64,000 nt of DNA, from the NCBI GenBank assembly GCA_965226885.1, contig CBDDEL010000013.1:224001-288000 (forward strand), in the 5' to 3' direction. The notes beneath the pieces are model-generated. The model was given only the letters and a program-made list of their open reading frames with translations. It was not told the DNA's origin and made no database searches. This DNA is from Opitutales bacterium. GTDB taxonomy: Bacteria; Verrucomicrobiota; Verrucomicrobiia; Opitutales; UBA2987. Shown piece by piece: positions 11,756-22,128 of the stretch; the stretch's first letter is position 1; every line of letters starts with the position of its first letter. Both the position numbers and the translations under genes were made by a program.

Positions 11756-12706
11756 TTATCGGTTTAGAAAATTATCAATTTCCTCTTTGTGGGGCATGGA
11801 GGGGGCGGTGCCGGGCTTGGTTACTGAGAGGGCGGCGACGGCGTTGGCGTAGGAGGCTGCGCGCAATAAATCGTTGTCGAACTGTACCATACCCGAAGCG
11901 AATCCCCCCACGAAAGCGTCTCCGGCTCCGGTTGTGTCCACGACTTCAATCCCTTGGCAGCCGGGCAGGGTTTTGCCGCTCTCGGGCGTGGAAACAAAAC
12001 AGCCTTTGCTCCCAAGAGTGAGAATGACTGTGGCCGTTCCGGCGCTCCGGCACAGATTTTGTAGCTCATTCTCCGTTAGATCGTCAATATGGGCCGTTTG
12101 AAATTTTCCCATCGCTTGTGGGTGGATCGATTTAATGAGTTCGGCAAATTCCGTTTCATTAGGTATCAGGATATCGACATCTTTGAGGTATTCGGAGCGA
12201 AAGTCCGCTATCATGGGGGCGGGGTTGAAAACCGTGACAGCCCCAACAGCGCGAGCCCGCCGCAACACCTCACGGGTCGTGCCCAAATCTATTTCGTTCT
12301 GACAAACCACGATTCGAGCGCCGGCCAGGGTCTCCTCCCGGACATCCTCCGATTTGAAAGCCAGGTTGGCCCCGAGCGCCACGATGATTTCGTTTTCACC
12401 GTTTGAGGAAACAAAGATGCCGGCATTGCCAGTTGGGATGTCGTCATATTCGACGAGCTGGAAGTCAATGCCTTCTTCCTTATAGAACCGTTTGACCCCT
12501 GCGCCGAAAACATCCTTGCCGACGGCTCCGACAAATGTGGTGCCGGTCCCGGTTCTGGCCGTTGCTACTGCCTGGTTGGAGCCTTTGCCGCCAGGGCCTG
12601 TCGCAAAGGAGCCGAAAATGGTCTCTCCCGGCTGCGGAAAATCATTGCAATACCAGGTCAAGTCCTGATTAAAACTGCCTACGATTACGATGGGATTATT
12701 TTTCAT
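11756..12706 (-). CDS. rbsK: Ribokinase (PfkB family)
   Basis: VGSFNQDL, GGKGSNQAVA, PNETE and VDTTGAGDAFVGG signatures. Confidence 0.9.
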   Translation of the reverse strand: MKNNPIVIVGSFNQDLTWYCNDFPQPGETIFGSFATGPGGKGSNQAVATARTGTGTTFVGAVGKDVFGAGVKRFYKEEGIDFQLVEYDDIPTGNAGIFVSSNGENEIIVALGANLAFKSEDVREETLAGARIVVCQNEIDLGTTREVLRRARAVGAVTVFNPAPMIADFRSEYLKDVDILIPNETEFAELIKSIHPQAMGKFQTAHIDDLTENELQNLCRSAGTATVILTLGSKGCFVSTPESGKTLPGCQGIEVVDTTGAGDAFVGGFASGMVQFDNDLLRAASYANAVAALSVTKPGTAPSMPHKEEIDNFLNR

Positions 12707-12849
12707 CAGTTGTGGTTTGGTATTAAAAAAAGGCCATTAAAACCGGTTGTTAGCCGGACGGATGGGGCTACACTGCCATAAGCTGGTTTTACTTGCAATA
12801 GTCCCTCGCGGGCAAGTAATTTTTAGATGACGGTTTTTCCCGAATTATC

Positions 12850-13467
12850 ATGTCCCTACACGTATTAAATCACCCTGTATCCAATCATATCCTCAGTTTG
12901 TTGAGAGATGAAAACACAGGCTCGGCTCAATTTCGAACCTTGAGCCGGCAAGTGACCTCTCTTCTGGTCATGGAAGCTACCAGGGATTTGCCCAGCATAC
13001 CGGTGGAAGTGAAAACACCGATGGAAACGGCCCAATGTCGAAAACTGGCCGGAACGGTGGTGGTGGTGGCAATTGTGCGGGCCGGAATGAGTATGGTGGA
13101 CACCATTGTCGATCTGTTGCCTTCCGTTGCGGTCGGATTTGTGGGCATGGAGCGGGACGAGGAAACGGCCCAGGCCCACAGCTATTATTGCAAGCTGCCA
13201 CCCATGGAAAACCGGCGCGTATTGGTGGTCGATCCCATGCTGGCAACCGGAGGTTCCGCCGAGCACGTCATACGTATGGTTTACGAGCAAGGGGCGACCG
13301 ACGTGAATTTCCTCAATATCGTGGCGGCTCCGGAGGGGGTCGAAGTTTTGCAAAACAAGTTTCCTGACCTCATCATATATACCGCCGCCCTGGATCGTGA
13401 GTTAAATGAAAAGAAGTATATCCTGCCGGGGTTGGGCGATTTCGGCGACCGCCTTTACGGCACCTGA
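12850..13467 (+). CDS. upp: Uracil phosphoribosyltransferase
   Basis: IVRAG, VVDPMLATGGS, YILPGLGDFGDRLYGT. Confidence 0.97.
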   Translation: MSLHVLNHPVSNHILSLLRDENTGSAQFRTLSRQVTSLLVMEATRDLPSIPVEVKTPMETAQCRKLAGTVVVVAIVRAGMSMVDTIVDLLPSVAVGFVGMERDEETAQAHSYYCKLPPMENRRVLVVDPMLATGGSAEHVIRMVYEQGATDVNFLNIVAAPEGVEVLQNKFPDLIIYTAALDRELNEKKYILPGLGDFGDRLYGT

Positions 13468-13586
13468 TCGGCCATGCCGAATTTTTTGCCCAAACCTGTT
13501 CGGGGGAACTTCCATGGACAGGCGGGGTATTAAAATAATGCAATCCGTGGCGGAAAGGATTTTGCTGTTGGACCGTCTTATTACTA

Positions 13587-14546
13587 ATGCTTATTAAAAT
13601 ACCTGAAAACTGGCATTTGCCAGAATCTGCGGTCACCCCGGAGGAGGCATTTCACCACCGCAGGAAGTTTTTGAAGACTATGGGGGTGGGGCTGGCCGCG
13701 GCCTCTCTGAACTCTTCCGTTTTGACAGGAGCGACGGCTGGATTTCCGGCCAAACTAAATCCCAGATTCAAGGGATCGGGACTAGAGTCTACCGCCTATG
13801 AATATGTGGCCAGCTACAATAATTTTTATGAATTCACGACGGACAAGGCAGATGTCAAAACATTGGCCAACCAGGGTTGGAAAACGGAACCGTGGACCCT
13901 TCAAGTGGGCGGCCTGGTCGAAAATCCTTTCGAAATCGATGTCAATGAGCTGATTGTGAAAATGGGCGGTATTGAGGAGCGTATCTACCGCCTTCGTTGT
14001 GTCGAGGCTTGGTCCATGGTTGTGCCCTGGGACGGGTTTCCTTTTCTGAAACTGATCAAGCTGGCGCAGCCCAAAGAAACTGCCCGTTTTGTCAAATTTA
14101 CCACTTTTCTCGATCCCCAGGCAGCTCCCGGCCAGCGCCGGCCGACCATCGATTGGCCCTATGTGGAGGCGCTAACTCTGGAGGAAGCATCGCATCCTCT
14201 CACTTTTCTGGCTACTGGCGTTTACGGAAAACCGATGCCCAACCAGAACGGCGCCCCGATTCGGCTGGTAGTTCCCTGGAAATATGGATTCAAGAGCATC
14301 AAATCGATTGTTAAAATCGAGTTTACCCGCAGCCGTCCCCGCAATACCTGGCAATTGCTGGCCCCGCAGGAATATGGTTTCTATGCCAATGTAAACCCGG
14401 AGGTCGATCACCCGCGATGGTCGCAGGCATCGGAAAGAATCATCGGGGGCGGTTTTTTCGCCCGGCAGCCAACGCTTCCCTTTAACGGCTACGAAAAAGA
14501 GGTCGCCCAGCTTTATAAGGGCCTCAACCTGCGCCTGCACTTTTGA
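13587..14546 (+). CDS. msrP: Protein-methionine-sulfoxide reductase catalytic subunit (Tat-exported molybdoenzyme)
   Basis: Twin-Arg RRKFLK, YNNFYEF, RLRCVEAWSMV, GAPIRLVVPWKYGFKSIK, NPEVDHPRWSQA. Confidence 0.96.
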   Translation: MLIKIPENWHLPESAVTPEEAFHHRRKFLKTMGVGLAAASLNSSVLTGATAGFPAKLNPRFKGSGLESTAYEYVASYNNFYEFTTDKADVKTLANQGWKTEPWTLQVGGLVENPFEIDVNELIVKMGGIEERIYRLRCVEAWSMVVPWDGFPFLKLIKLAQPKETARFVKFTTFLDPQAAPGQRRPTIDWPYVEALTLEEASHPLTFLATGVYGKPMPNQNGAPIRLVVPWKYGFKSIKSIVKIEFTRSRPRNTWQLLAPQEYGFYANVNPEVDHPRWSQASERIIGGGFFARQPTLPFNGYEKEVAQLYKGLNLRLHF

Positions 14547-14566
14547 TTCCCTTTCCAGCCGTTCCC

Positions 14567-15190
14567 ATGCGCTATCTAATAAAACTGCTCATTTGGGCGG
14601 CGATTTTAGGGGCGGGGCTCTACCCGGCATATCCACTATTAAAGGCCGATCCTTCCGTTTTAGCCGATCCCGCCAAGCACTTGCTGGAATACTATGGCAA
14701 AACGGCCACTCTGTTTCTGATCGTGGTCCTGACCCTCAGTCCGCTGAGTATTCTTTTTCCAAAATTTCCGCCAGTGCGTCATTTCAATCGCTACCGCCGA
14801 CTGATAGGCGTCAGCTCATTTTTCTTCGCCCTGGTTCATTTTGGCTTTTACCTGGTTTACACAAGCGGATCGGGCGCATTTTTTGAAGATATTGGAAAGC
14901 CGTTCCTGTTATCTGGCGCGACGGCTTTTTTCCTCTTATCAGTTCTTGCCCTGACCAGCACGAATTGGGCAGTGCGTAAAATGGGGGGAAGAAAATGGAA
15001 ACGACTTCACCGTATAGTCTACCTTGCGGCTTTTTTCATCATTTTCCATCAAGCCTTGCAGGAAAAGACGGGAACCGTGCAAACGGTTTATTTTTTCGCA
15101 CCCCTGGCGATATTACAATTGTTTCGCCTGGGACGAATATTTTTTTGGCCGCCTATAATTGCCCGGAAGTCATCAAAAAGTATGCGTTAA
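14567..15190 (+). CDS. msrQ: Methionine-sulfoxide reductase heme-binding membrane subunit
   Basis: Follows msrP; multiple TM helices; RRLIG, LALTS, WKRLHRIVY. Confidence 0.92.
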   Translation: MRYLIKLLIWAAILGAGLYPAYPLLKADPSVLADPAKHLLEYYGKTATLFLIVVLTLSPLSILFPKFPPVRHFNRYRRLIGVSSFFFALVHFGFYLVYTSGSGAFFEDIGKPFLLSGATAFFLLSVLALTSTNWAVRKMGGRKWKRLHRIVYLAAFFIIFHQALQEKTGTVQTVYFFAPLAILQLFRLGRIFFWPPIIARKSSKSMR

Positions 15191-15381
15191 CGAGTTACTT
15201 TTATCAAACGGCACTTTGCTCTGAGGTTCATCTCCAGTCTTGACCTCAAGTGGATTGACGCCATTTTAGCTTGTTTGCCTTTTTTCTTCCGGACTCAATG
15301 AACCCTTTCCATTCGAACAAAGAACTGAATGTTTTGCGTTGTGGATGAATTTTTGCTTTTCTGTATCGAATACTTTTTGCT

Positions 15382-16848
15382 GTGAAAATACTCATGATAG
15401 CCTCCGAGGTCGCTCCCTTCATTAAGGTGGGAGGACTGGCCGATGTCGTTGGCGCTTTGCCCAAAGAACTGGCTGCTCTGGGGCATGAAGTCCGACTGGT
15501 TTGCCCGAAATATTCCGGGATCCGGGATATTGGCAAATGGGTACCCTACAATATTCCGTTATCGGTTAATCTCAATAATAAGAACCTGCTGTGCCAAATC
15601 TGGGAGAATCGCCTGCCCGATTCGGAGGTGGAGGCCTATTTTCTCGAATATAACGAGTTTTACGATCGGCCCGATGTTTACGGAAATTCCGGCGTTGGTC
15701 CTCGCGATGATGATCGGAGGTTTATCTTTCTGTCTCGGGCTGCCTTGAATTTGTGCTACTATTTGGGGTGGATGCCCGACGTCATTCATTGCCACGATTG
15801 GCCGACCGCGCTGGTCCCGGTTTTCTTGAACACCAACGATTATTATGAACCCTTGGGAAAAGCGGCCAGCGTTTTGACTATCCACAACCTGGAACACCAA
15901 GGGCATTTCCCGTATGAGTGCATTAAGTATGCCCAATTGCCCGATTCGGTTTACCGGCCGGATGGCCTCGAATCTATGGGTAATGTAAATTTTCTCAAGG
16001 GCGGGATCTACAACGCTACCAAGATCACCACCGTAAGCCCACAATATGCCCGTGAAATCCTGGAACATTCCAATGGGCACGGTTTGCACCATATTCTCAA
16101 ATTCAGGGCAGCCGATCTAATTGGAGAAATCAACGGGATCGACACAGGCATTTGGAATCCGAAAAGGGACTCCCTGCTTCCCGCCCGCTATTCGGTTACC
16201 AACAGAAAAGGCAAGGCGGCTTGCAAAACCGAATTGCAAAAGGAAATGGCTCTAGAGGTTAAGGGCGAAAATCCATTATTCGGAGTGGTCTCCCGGCTCT
16301 ACCGCCAGAAGGGTCTAGATTTGCTCGCCAAAGCGGTTCCCGGGATTATGGAAACCACCGACGCTCAAGTCGTGCTGTTGGGGATCGGCGACAAGAAAAG
16401 TGAGAAAGCATTCAAAAAACTGGCCAAAAAATATCCGGACAGGGTGGGGATTAAAATCGGTTTCAGCAACCAATTGGCCCACAGAATTTATGCCGGTTCG
16501 GACTTTTTTATCATGCCGAGCCGATTTGAACCCTGCGGGTTGAGTCAGATGTATGCCATGAGATACGGGACGCCGCCAATTGCCCGAGCCACCGGCGGAT
16601 TAATCGACACCATCGTTCCCCATGAAACTGGAAACAAGTCCGCCACCGGATTAATGTTTACCCGTGCGACTCCGGAAGAACTTGGCGCCACTGTGGAAGA
16701 AGCGGCCTCCCTTTACAAAGAAAAGCCGACAGAATACCGCCGTATGCAATCAAACGGCATGAAAAAAGATTTTTCCTGGAAAAAGCCCGCCAGCGCTTAT
16801 GAAAATATATACCGGTGGGCAGTGGAAGCGCGCAAACAGGCGCATTAA
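15382..16848 (+). CDS. glgA: Glycogen synthase
   Basis: KVGGLADV, HCHDW, TIHNLEHQG, MPSRFEPCGLSQMYAMRYGT. Confidence 0.96.
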   Translation: MKILMIASEVAPFIKVGGLADVVGALPKELAALGHEVRLVCPKYSGIRDIGKWVPYNIPLSVNLNNKNLLCQIWENRLPDSEVEAYFLEYNEFYDRPDVYGNSGVGPRDDDRRFIFLSRAALNLCYYLGWMPDVIHCHDWPTALVPVFLNTNDYYEPLGKAASVLTIHNLEHQGHFPYECIKYAQLPDSVYRPDGLESMGNVNFLKGGIYNATKITTVSPQYAREILEHSNGHGLHHILKFRAADLIGEINGIDTGIWNPKRDSLLPARYSVTNRKGKAACKTELQKEMALEVKGENPLFGVVSRLYRQKGLDLLAKAVPGIMETTDAQVVLLGIGDKKSEKAFKKLAKKYPDRVGIKIGFSNQLAHRIYAGSDFFIMPSRFEPCGLSQMYAMRYGTPPIARATGGLIDTIVPHETGNKSATGLMFTRATPEELGATVEEAASLYKEKPTEYRRMQSNGMKKDFSWKKPASAYENIYRWAVEARKQAH

Positions 16849-17405
16849 CCGCACTGGTTTTAACCCGCATTTTGGGATGGATTTGAAACAGGATGCAGGT
16901 TTCAGGATTGGAAATTAGGGATGCTGTTGTCTATAGATATTTGTCATTTCGAGTTCTAACACCCGAACCCTGTTTCCCTCATCAGCTCGAATCATTTAAA
17001 TTTATAACTAAAAATAAAAAATCACAATTATTAGAATTAACAATTTTTTTACAATGATATTACAATTTTTTTATATAATTGGTAAATGTGACTGTTGTAT
17101 AATGACTTATATAAATAAATGTTTACATTTTATTAACTGAAAAGAGGTATTTATGAATTGCTTTTTAGGGTATTATGCCTATGCTTCTTATAAAGTTTAA
17201 TACTCATAAAATTAATGCTTGTCAGTATTAACAGGAGAAAATTTCTATATAATAATCGATTTTTAAATGAGTTTAACAAAGTATAAATTTATTCGTGTTG
17301 GAGTCGAAGATAATTTTCTACCGGGGGGTAGAAAACAAGTTTCCTGCGGTCAACCCTTGTGGAAGATCGAGGAAAACCACAAGTGGTGGTAACCATGGCC
17401 ACTAG

Positions 17406-18972
17406 CCCGGATATTTCGTAAAAAAAGTATCGTTGATATGCTTAACTGCTGATATACAGCAGGATAGATCAATAATTAAAGCAATATCAGCGATGACAAA
17501 AGGTAAACAATTAAAGCTACAGTTGACAAGGGTAAAAGGCCGCCGTGTGCGGGTTGATTTCAAGGGCGGAGAGGTTACTTCGGATGCCGGACTGCTTTTG
17601 ATCCGGGAAGTGGATCGGCAGTTGGGCTTGACCGAACGAGCGGCCCGACAGTTAGTGGACAAACGGCAGAAGGGCAAAGTACGCCATGAGGTATTGGGGA
17701 TGCTGCGGCAGCGCGTTTACGGGCTGGTGGCGGGCTATGAGGATTTAAACGACTTTGATACCCTGCGCCACGATCCATTGTTGCAAACGGTAACGGGGCG
17801 CATTGAAACGTTGGCCAGCGCGCCGACTTTGTGTCGTTTTGAAAACGGGCAGGATCGGCGGGCGGCCTTTGCGGTAAACGAGCTGTTGGTCGAACAGTTC
17901 ATGGGCTCCTTTGCCGAGGAACCCGAAGAGATCATCCTGGACTTTGACGCCACCGACAATCCGGTGCACGGGCTCCAGGAGGGACGTTTTTTCCACGGTT
18001 ATTATGATCATTACTGTTTTCTGCCGCTATATGTTTTTTGCGGTGATCAGCTGCTGGTGGCCTACCTGCGGCCGAGCAAGATCGATGCCAGCAAGCATGC
18101 CGGGGCCATCCTCAAATTGCTGGTTAAACGGATTCGCCAAAGCTGGCCCCGTACGCGGATTATTTGGCGCGCCGACAGTGGATTTTGTCGAGACCGGATA
18201 CTCTCTTGGTGCGACCGCAACGAAGTTAGTTACATCGTGGGGATGGCTCGCAATGCACGCTTGCAGCAAGACGCCCAGCAGTTGCAAAAGCAGGCCAAAG
18301 AATGGTTCGAACTAAGGGGTAAAAAACAACGGTTATTCCAGGACTTCGTCTATGCTGCCGATTCGTGGCGATGGCTGCGGTTGGTCATCCATAAAGCCGA
18401 ACACACCGCACAGGGGTCCAACCCGCGCTTCGTGGTGACGAACCTGCCGGGCGATCCCCAGGAGCTTTACGACAAGGTATACTGTGGCCGCGGTGAAATG
18501 GAGAACCGAATCAAGGAACAGATGCAATTGTTCAGCGAGCGCACCAGCGCCCATCAATGGTGGGCCAATCAGTGGCGATTGCTCTTGTCGGCGCTGGCCT
18601 ACACCTTGATGGAAGCCATGCGCCGGTTAGCCTTAAAAGGGACGAAGTGGGCGCGGGCCCAATGCCACACCCTGCGGCTCAAATTAATCAAGATCGGAGC
18701 GGTCATCGTGCGCAACACCCGAACGATTCACTTTCACCTAAGTGAGAGTTATCCTTGGGCCAGTCTTTTCAACCATGCGGCCCGCCGATTGGTGCCAACC
18801 TAAAGGGTGCATTGGTGCTGCCCCCGGCACTACCGAACCAATGGGGGAAAGGGGGCAGTGTCTCTACACCCTGAAAAACACCTAAAAATCAAGACGATCT
18901 GCTCAAAATACAAAGAAATCCATCTCCAATAGCAATAACGAGCCAAACTTTACCCTTCATGAAATATCCGGG
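17406..18972 (+). mobile_element. IS1380-family element, copy 2 (full length, 1567 bp)
   Basis: IRs CCCGGATATTTC/GAAATATCCGGG; CTAG TSD (17402-17405, 18973-18976); 456-aa transposase 17433-18803. Confidence 0.97.
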
Positions 18973-19006
18973 CTAGTGGTTATTACCACTACCACTACTG
19001 CTACGA

Positions 19007-19047
19007 ACAGGGTGGGTTCCGGTAAAACGGGCCCGCCCTGTTTTTTT
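19007..19047 (+). terminator. Rho-independent terminator
   Basis: GC-rich stem ACAGGGTGGGTTCCG / CGGGCCCGCCCTG followed by T7. Confidence 0.8.
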
Positions 19048-19074
19048 GTATAAATCTACCGCAGTTTTTCCGAA

Positions 19075-19446
19075 TTAAATGTGACGGGAGTCTTCCAGGT
19101 CTTTTTCCCGGTAACCCGATTCCTGCCTATTATGATTGATTTTGTTTTTTTTCAAGTAGGCTCGGTAAACATCATCCGCGCTCATACCCAAAACCTGGGA
19201 CAGCGAAATGAGGAAATGAAATAGGTCTACCACTTCCACCCGGGCGTTTTGTTCATCGAACTTCTGGTATTTTGCCCACCATTTCCAGGGCACGGAATCA
19301 ACCAGCTCAGCCAGCTCCTGTTCCATGGCCCGAGTGTAGTTGAGTATCCATTTGGTTTTCTCCTCCTCGCTCAGATCATCTGTGTAAACACCGATGCGCT
19401 CGTTGAGGGCTTTTTGCATCCCAAAAATCTCGTCAAACTTGTCCAT
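19075..19446 (-). CDS. Dimeric (all-alpha) dUTPase-family NTP pyrophosphatase
   Basis: QELAELVDSVPWKWW, EVVDLFHFLIS, YLKKNKINHNRQESGY motifs. Confidence 0.88.
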   Translation of the reverse strand: MDKFDEIFGMQKALNERIGVYTDDLSEEEKTKWILNYTRAMEQELAELVDSVPWKWWAKYQKFDEQNARVEVVDLFHFLISLSQVLGMSADDVYRAYLKKNKINHNRQESGYREKDLEDSRHI

Positions 19447-19524
19447 AAGCCCAGATTGCGAGAGGCGCTATGGCAGGGCAATGTCTAAGTTCCCATTAAG
19501 AGGAAAACTTATTCCAAAACTACG

Positions 19525-20828
19525 CTAGACCCGGACGAGGCCCTTTTTCAACATGCCCATAATGGTGGCCGGGGCCTGCCGGTTATTTAGTAGATCTCGC
19601 ATCGTTTTCATATAGGGGTCGATATGGGCGAAGAATCGCTTGTAGGCGGGGCAGAGGTAATTGAGCCCATATTCACCGTCGGGAGTTTTCATGAATCGGT
19701 GCTTGGGGCATTCTCCGTGGCAGGCGAAACGGTATTCGCAACGCCGGCAATAGGCGGGCAGAGTGTCCGCTTTGTCGCGCCCGAATTTTCTCATGGAGGG
19801 AGAATCGACCATCTCGGCGATGGTTTTATCGCGTATATTGCCCTGCAGGTATTGGGGGTAAACATAATGGTCGCAGGCATAAAGGTCGCCGTTGTGCTCG
19901 ATGGCGAGAGCCCGGCCGCAATGCTCGCTGAAAATGCAAAGGCCCCCGCCCATCCCCATCCAGTTACCCAGCGCTACATCGAATACCTGCACGTAAGTAT
20001 TCCCGACATCATTGCGCACCCAATGGTCGAAGATCGTGACAAGGAATTCCCCATAATCTTTGGGCAGTACGCTCCAACGCGTGACCGGACTTAGTTTTTC
20101 ATTTTCATCCTCCGGTTCGGGGGGTGTGGCCAGGGAAAGTTTCAGCAACGATGCAGCATCATCGGGTTTTCTTTCCACAATGGGAATGAATTGCAGGTAG
20201 CGCGAACCGATTTTTCGCAAAAAATTGTAAACTTCGAGGGGTTTTCGGGAATTACGGCGGGTGACGCAAGTGAGGGTGTTGAAGGGCACCCCATGTTTGC
20301 GGCACAGCCCGATGCCGCGCATGACGCGGTCGAAAGTAGAATTTTGCTTGCGGTCAACCCTATAGATATCATGCAGCTCCCTTGGCCCATCGATGCTGAT
20401 GCCGCCCAAAAAGTCATTGTCCCGCAGGAAACGGCACCACTCATCGTCCAGCAATGTTGCGTTGGTCTGGAAGGCATTGTCGATTTTGCGCCCTTCGCCA
20501 TATTTTTTTTGCAATTCGACCACCTTGCGGAAGAAATCCACCCCCATCAGTGTTGGCTCCCCCCCTTGCGGAAGAAATCCACCCCCATCAGTGTTGGCTC
20601 CCCCCCTTGCCAGGCGAATGAAACCTCGTTGCCGGGCTGGGCCTCGATGTATTGGCGGATATAGTTATCCAGCACATCTGCTGGCATACGTAAATTTTCC
20701 CCTCTCGGGAAAAGCTTCTCCTTTTCCAGGTAAAAGCAATATTTGCAGTCAATATTGCAGCGAGGACCAATCGGTTTGGTCATCACATGAAAAGGTGCCG
20801 AAGCGGTTTTTGTTAAAACATCCGTCAT
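19525..20828 (-). pseudogene. Anaerobic sulfatase maturase (radical SAM/SPASM, AslB/AtsB-like), frameshifted
   Basis: KPIGPRCNIDCKYCFY, WQGGEPTLMG and SPASM Cys motifs. A 41-bp tandem duplication at 20523-20604 breaks the frame. Confidence 0.93.
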
Positions 20829-20971
20829 GCCATCAAGTTGAAAACAATTCTATATCCCGGGAGAAATTTGTCCCTCACCCGAAAACCAGCCGGTTCCATA
20901 CAAGGTTCCATACAATAGAGTTCTTTAGTGAATGGAAAGGGTATATTGTGAGAAGTTTTCTAAAAAAGATT

Positions 20972-21773
20972 GGTAGTGTATTAAGTAGGAATGGTGGCTA
21001 ATTCTTGATTATATTGATGAATGAAAAGTCTCAGACAGGTTTCATGCATACTCTTAAGCTTGGAAAAGGAGAGGGTTTTGCGTGTGAAACGACCCAGTCG
21101 TTGGCGCAGGGTATTGTTCCATCGTTCCACATGGGCCGTTTCACCGGTTTCTTTTCCCACGGATCGGTTATGAGGAAAGACTTCATCATAAGTGCTCCAA
21201 AAGTCGCTGTAGGTGGCACATCTTTTGTAGGCCCGTGGCAGACGCTCGTAAAGTTCCCGGCAACGATACCAATCCCGAGGCCCAATGGCATAGGAGAGGA
21301 TTTGACGGGTGCGTCGGAAAAGAGCGATCCAAACCCATTGGGCATCGCTCTTGCGCCCCACAAAAGACCACAGTTCGTCCAGTTCAATGACATCATGGCG
21401 GCGGGCCGCAAGAATCGTGCTTTTGAGCGGTCGCAGCGATTGTCGTTTTTTTTAACCAACTCAAAACGGTGTTGGGACTCACCCCGAAGGCGCGCTGTAA
21501 ACCGCGTAGACTGCTGCGTTCCTGATAGACTCGAAGGATCATTTCTTTTTGCTCTTCGGTGTATTTCACTGTGGGGTTTTCGCGGCTTTGTTTACCACAA
21601 TCATGGCAGCGGTAGCGCTGTTTATGGTTGGGCGTCTTGCCAAATTTAATGATATTTTCACTTCCACAGTGCCGACAATTAATAATTTTAGTAACCATGC
21701 ACTAAAAATAAACTGCCTAACGCTATTTGTACAGCTAAAAATACAAAATAACATTCTTTTTTTATACACTACC
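20972..21773 (-). mobile_element. IS1-family element type A, copy 1 (802 bp)
   Basis: GGTAGTGT...ACACTACC ends; 8-bp TSD AAAAGATT; InsA zinc ribbon (CRHC..CHDC) 21393-21698; InsB 20981-21361 (HVERWNNTLRQRL). Confidence 0.95.
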
Positions 21774-21818
21774 AAAAGATTGTCTCCTACAGTCACAGTC
21801 ACGATAGATTCTACCCTG

Positions 21819-22128
21819 ATGAAAATATACGTTTACCATAAGTGCAGCACCTGCCGGAAGGCTTTGCAATGGCTGGATCGTCACGGCCTGGATTATACCG
21901 ATCTACCCATTGTGGAATCTCCCCCTTCGGCGGATGAACTGCATTTCATGCTGGATTCCTATGACGGAATGGTGAGGAAGCTTTTCAATACATCAGGCTT
22001 GCTCTACCGGGGTATGAAACTGAAGGACCGGCTGCCCCGCATGACCGTTGAGGATTCGTTGACCTTGCTGCAAACCAATGGCATGTTGATAAAATGGCCT
22101 TTTCTGCTTGCCGAAACATTCGGGCTAG
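21819..22128 (+). pseudogene. ArsC/Spx (YffB-like) family protein, C-terminus cut off by IS1380
   Basis: MKIYVYHKCSTCRKA, KLFNTSG, NGMLIKWPFL (usually KRP); IS begins at CTAG 22125-22128. Confidence 0.85.

Noticed and set aside
18977..19047. Thr-rich VVITTTTTAT frame plus terminator as an amino-acid attenuator
   Set aside because: There is a stop just upstream in that frame, only a weak GTG start, and no co-oriented biosynthetic gene downstream.
20523..20610. 41-bp direct repeat as a CRISPR remnant
   Set aside because: Two abutting copies of coding sequence with no spacer and no cas genes.
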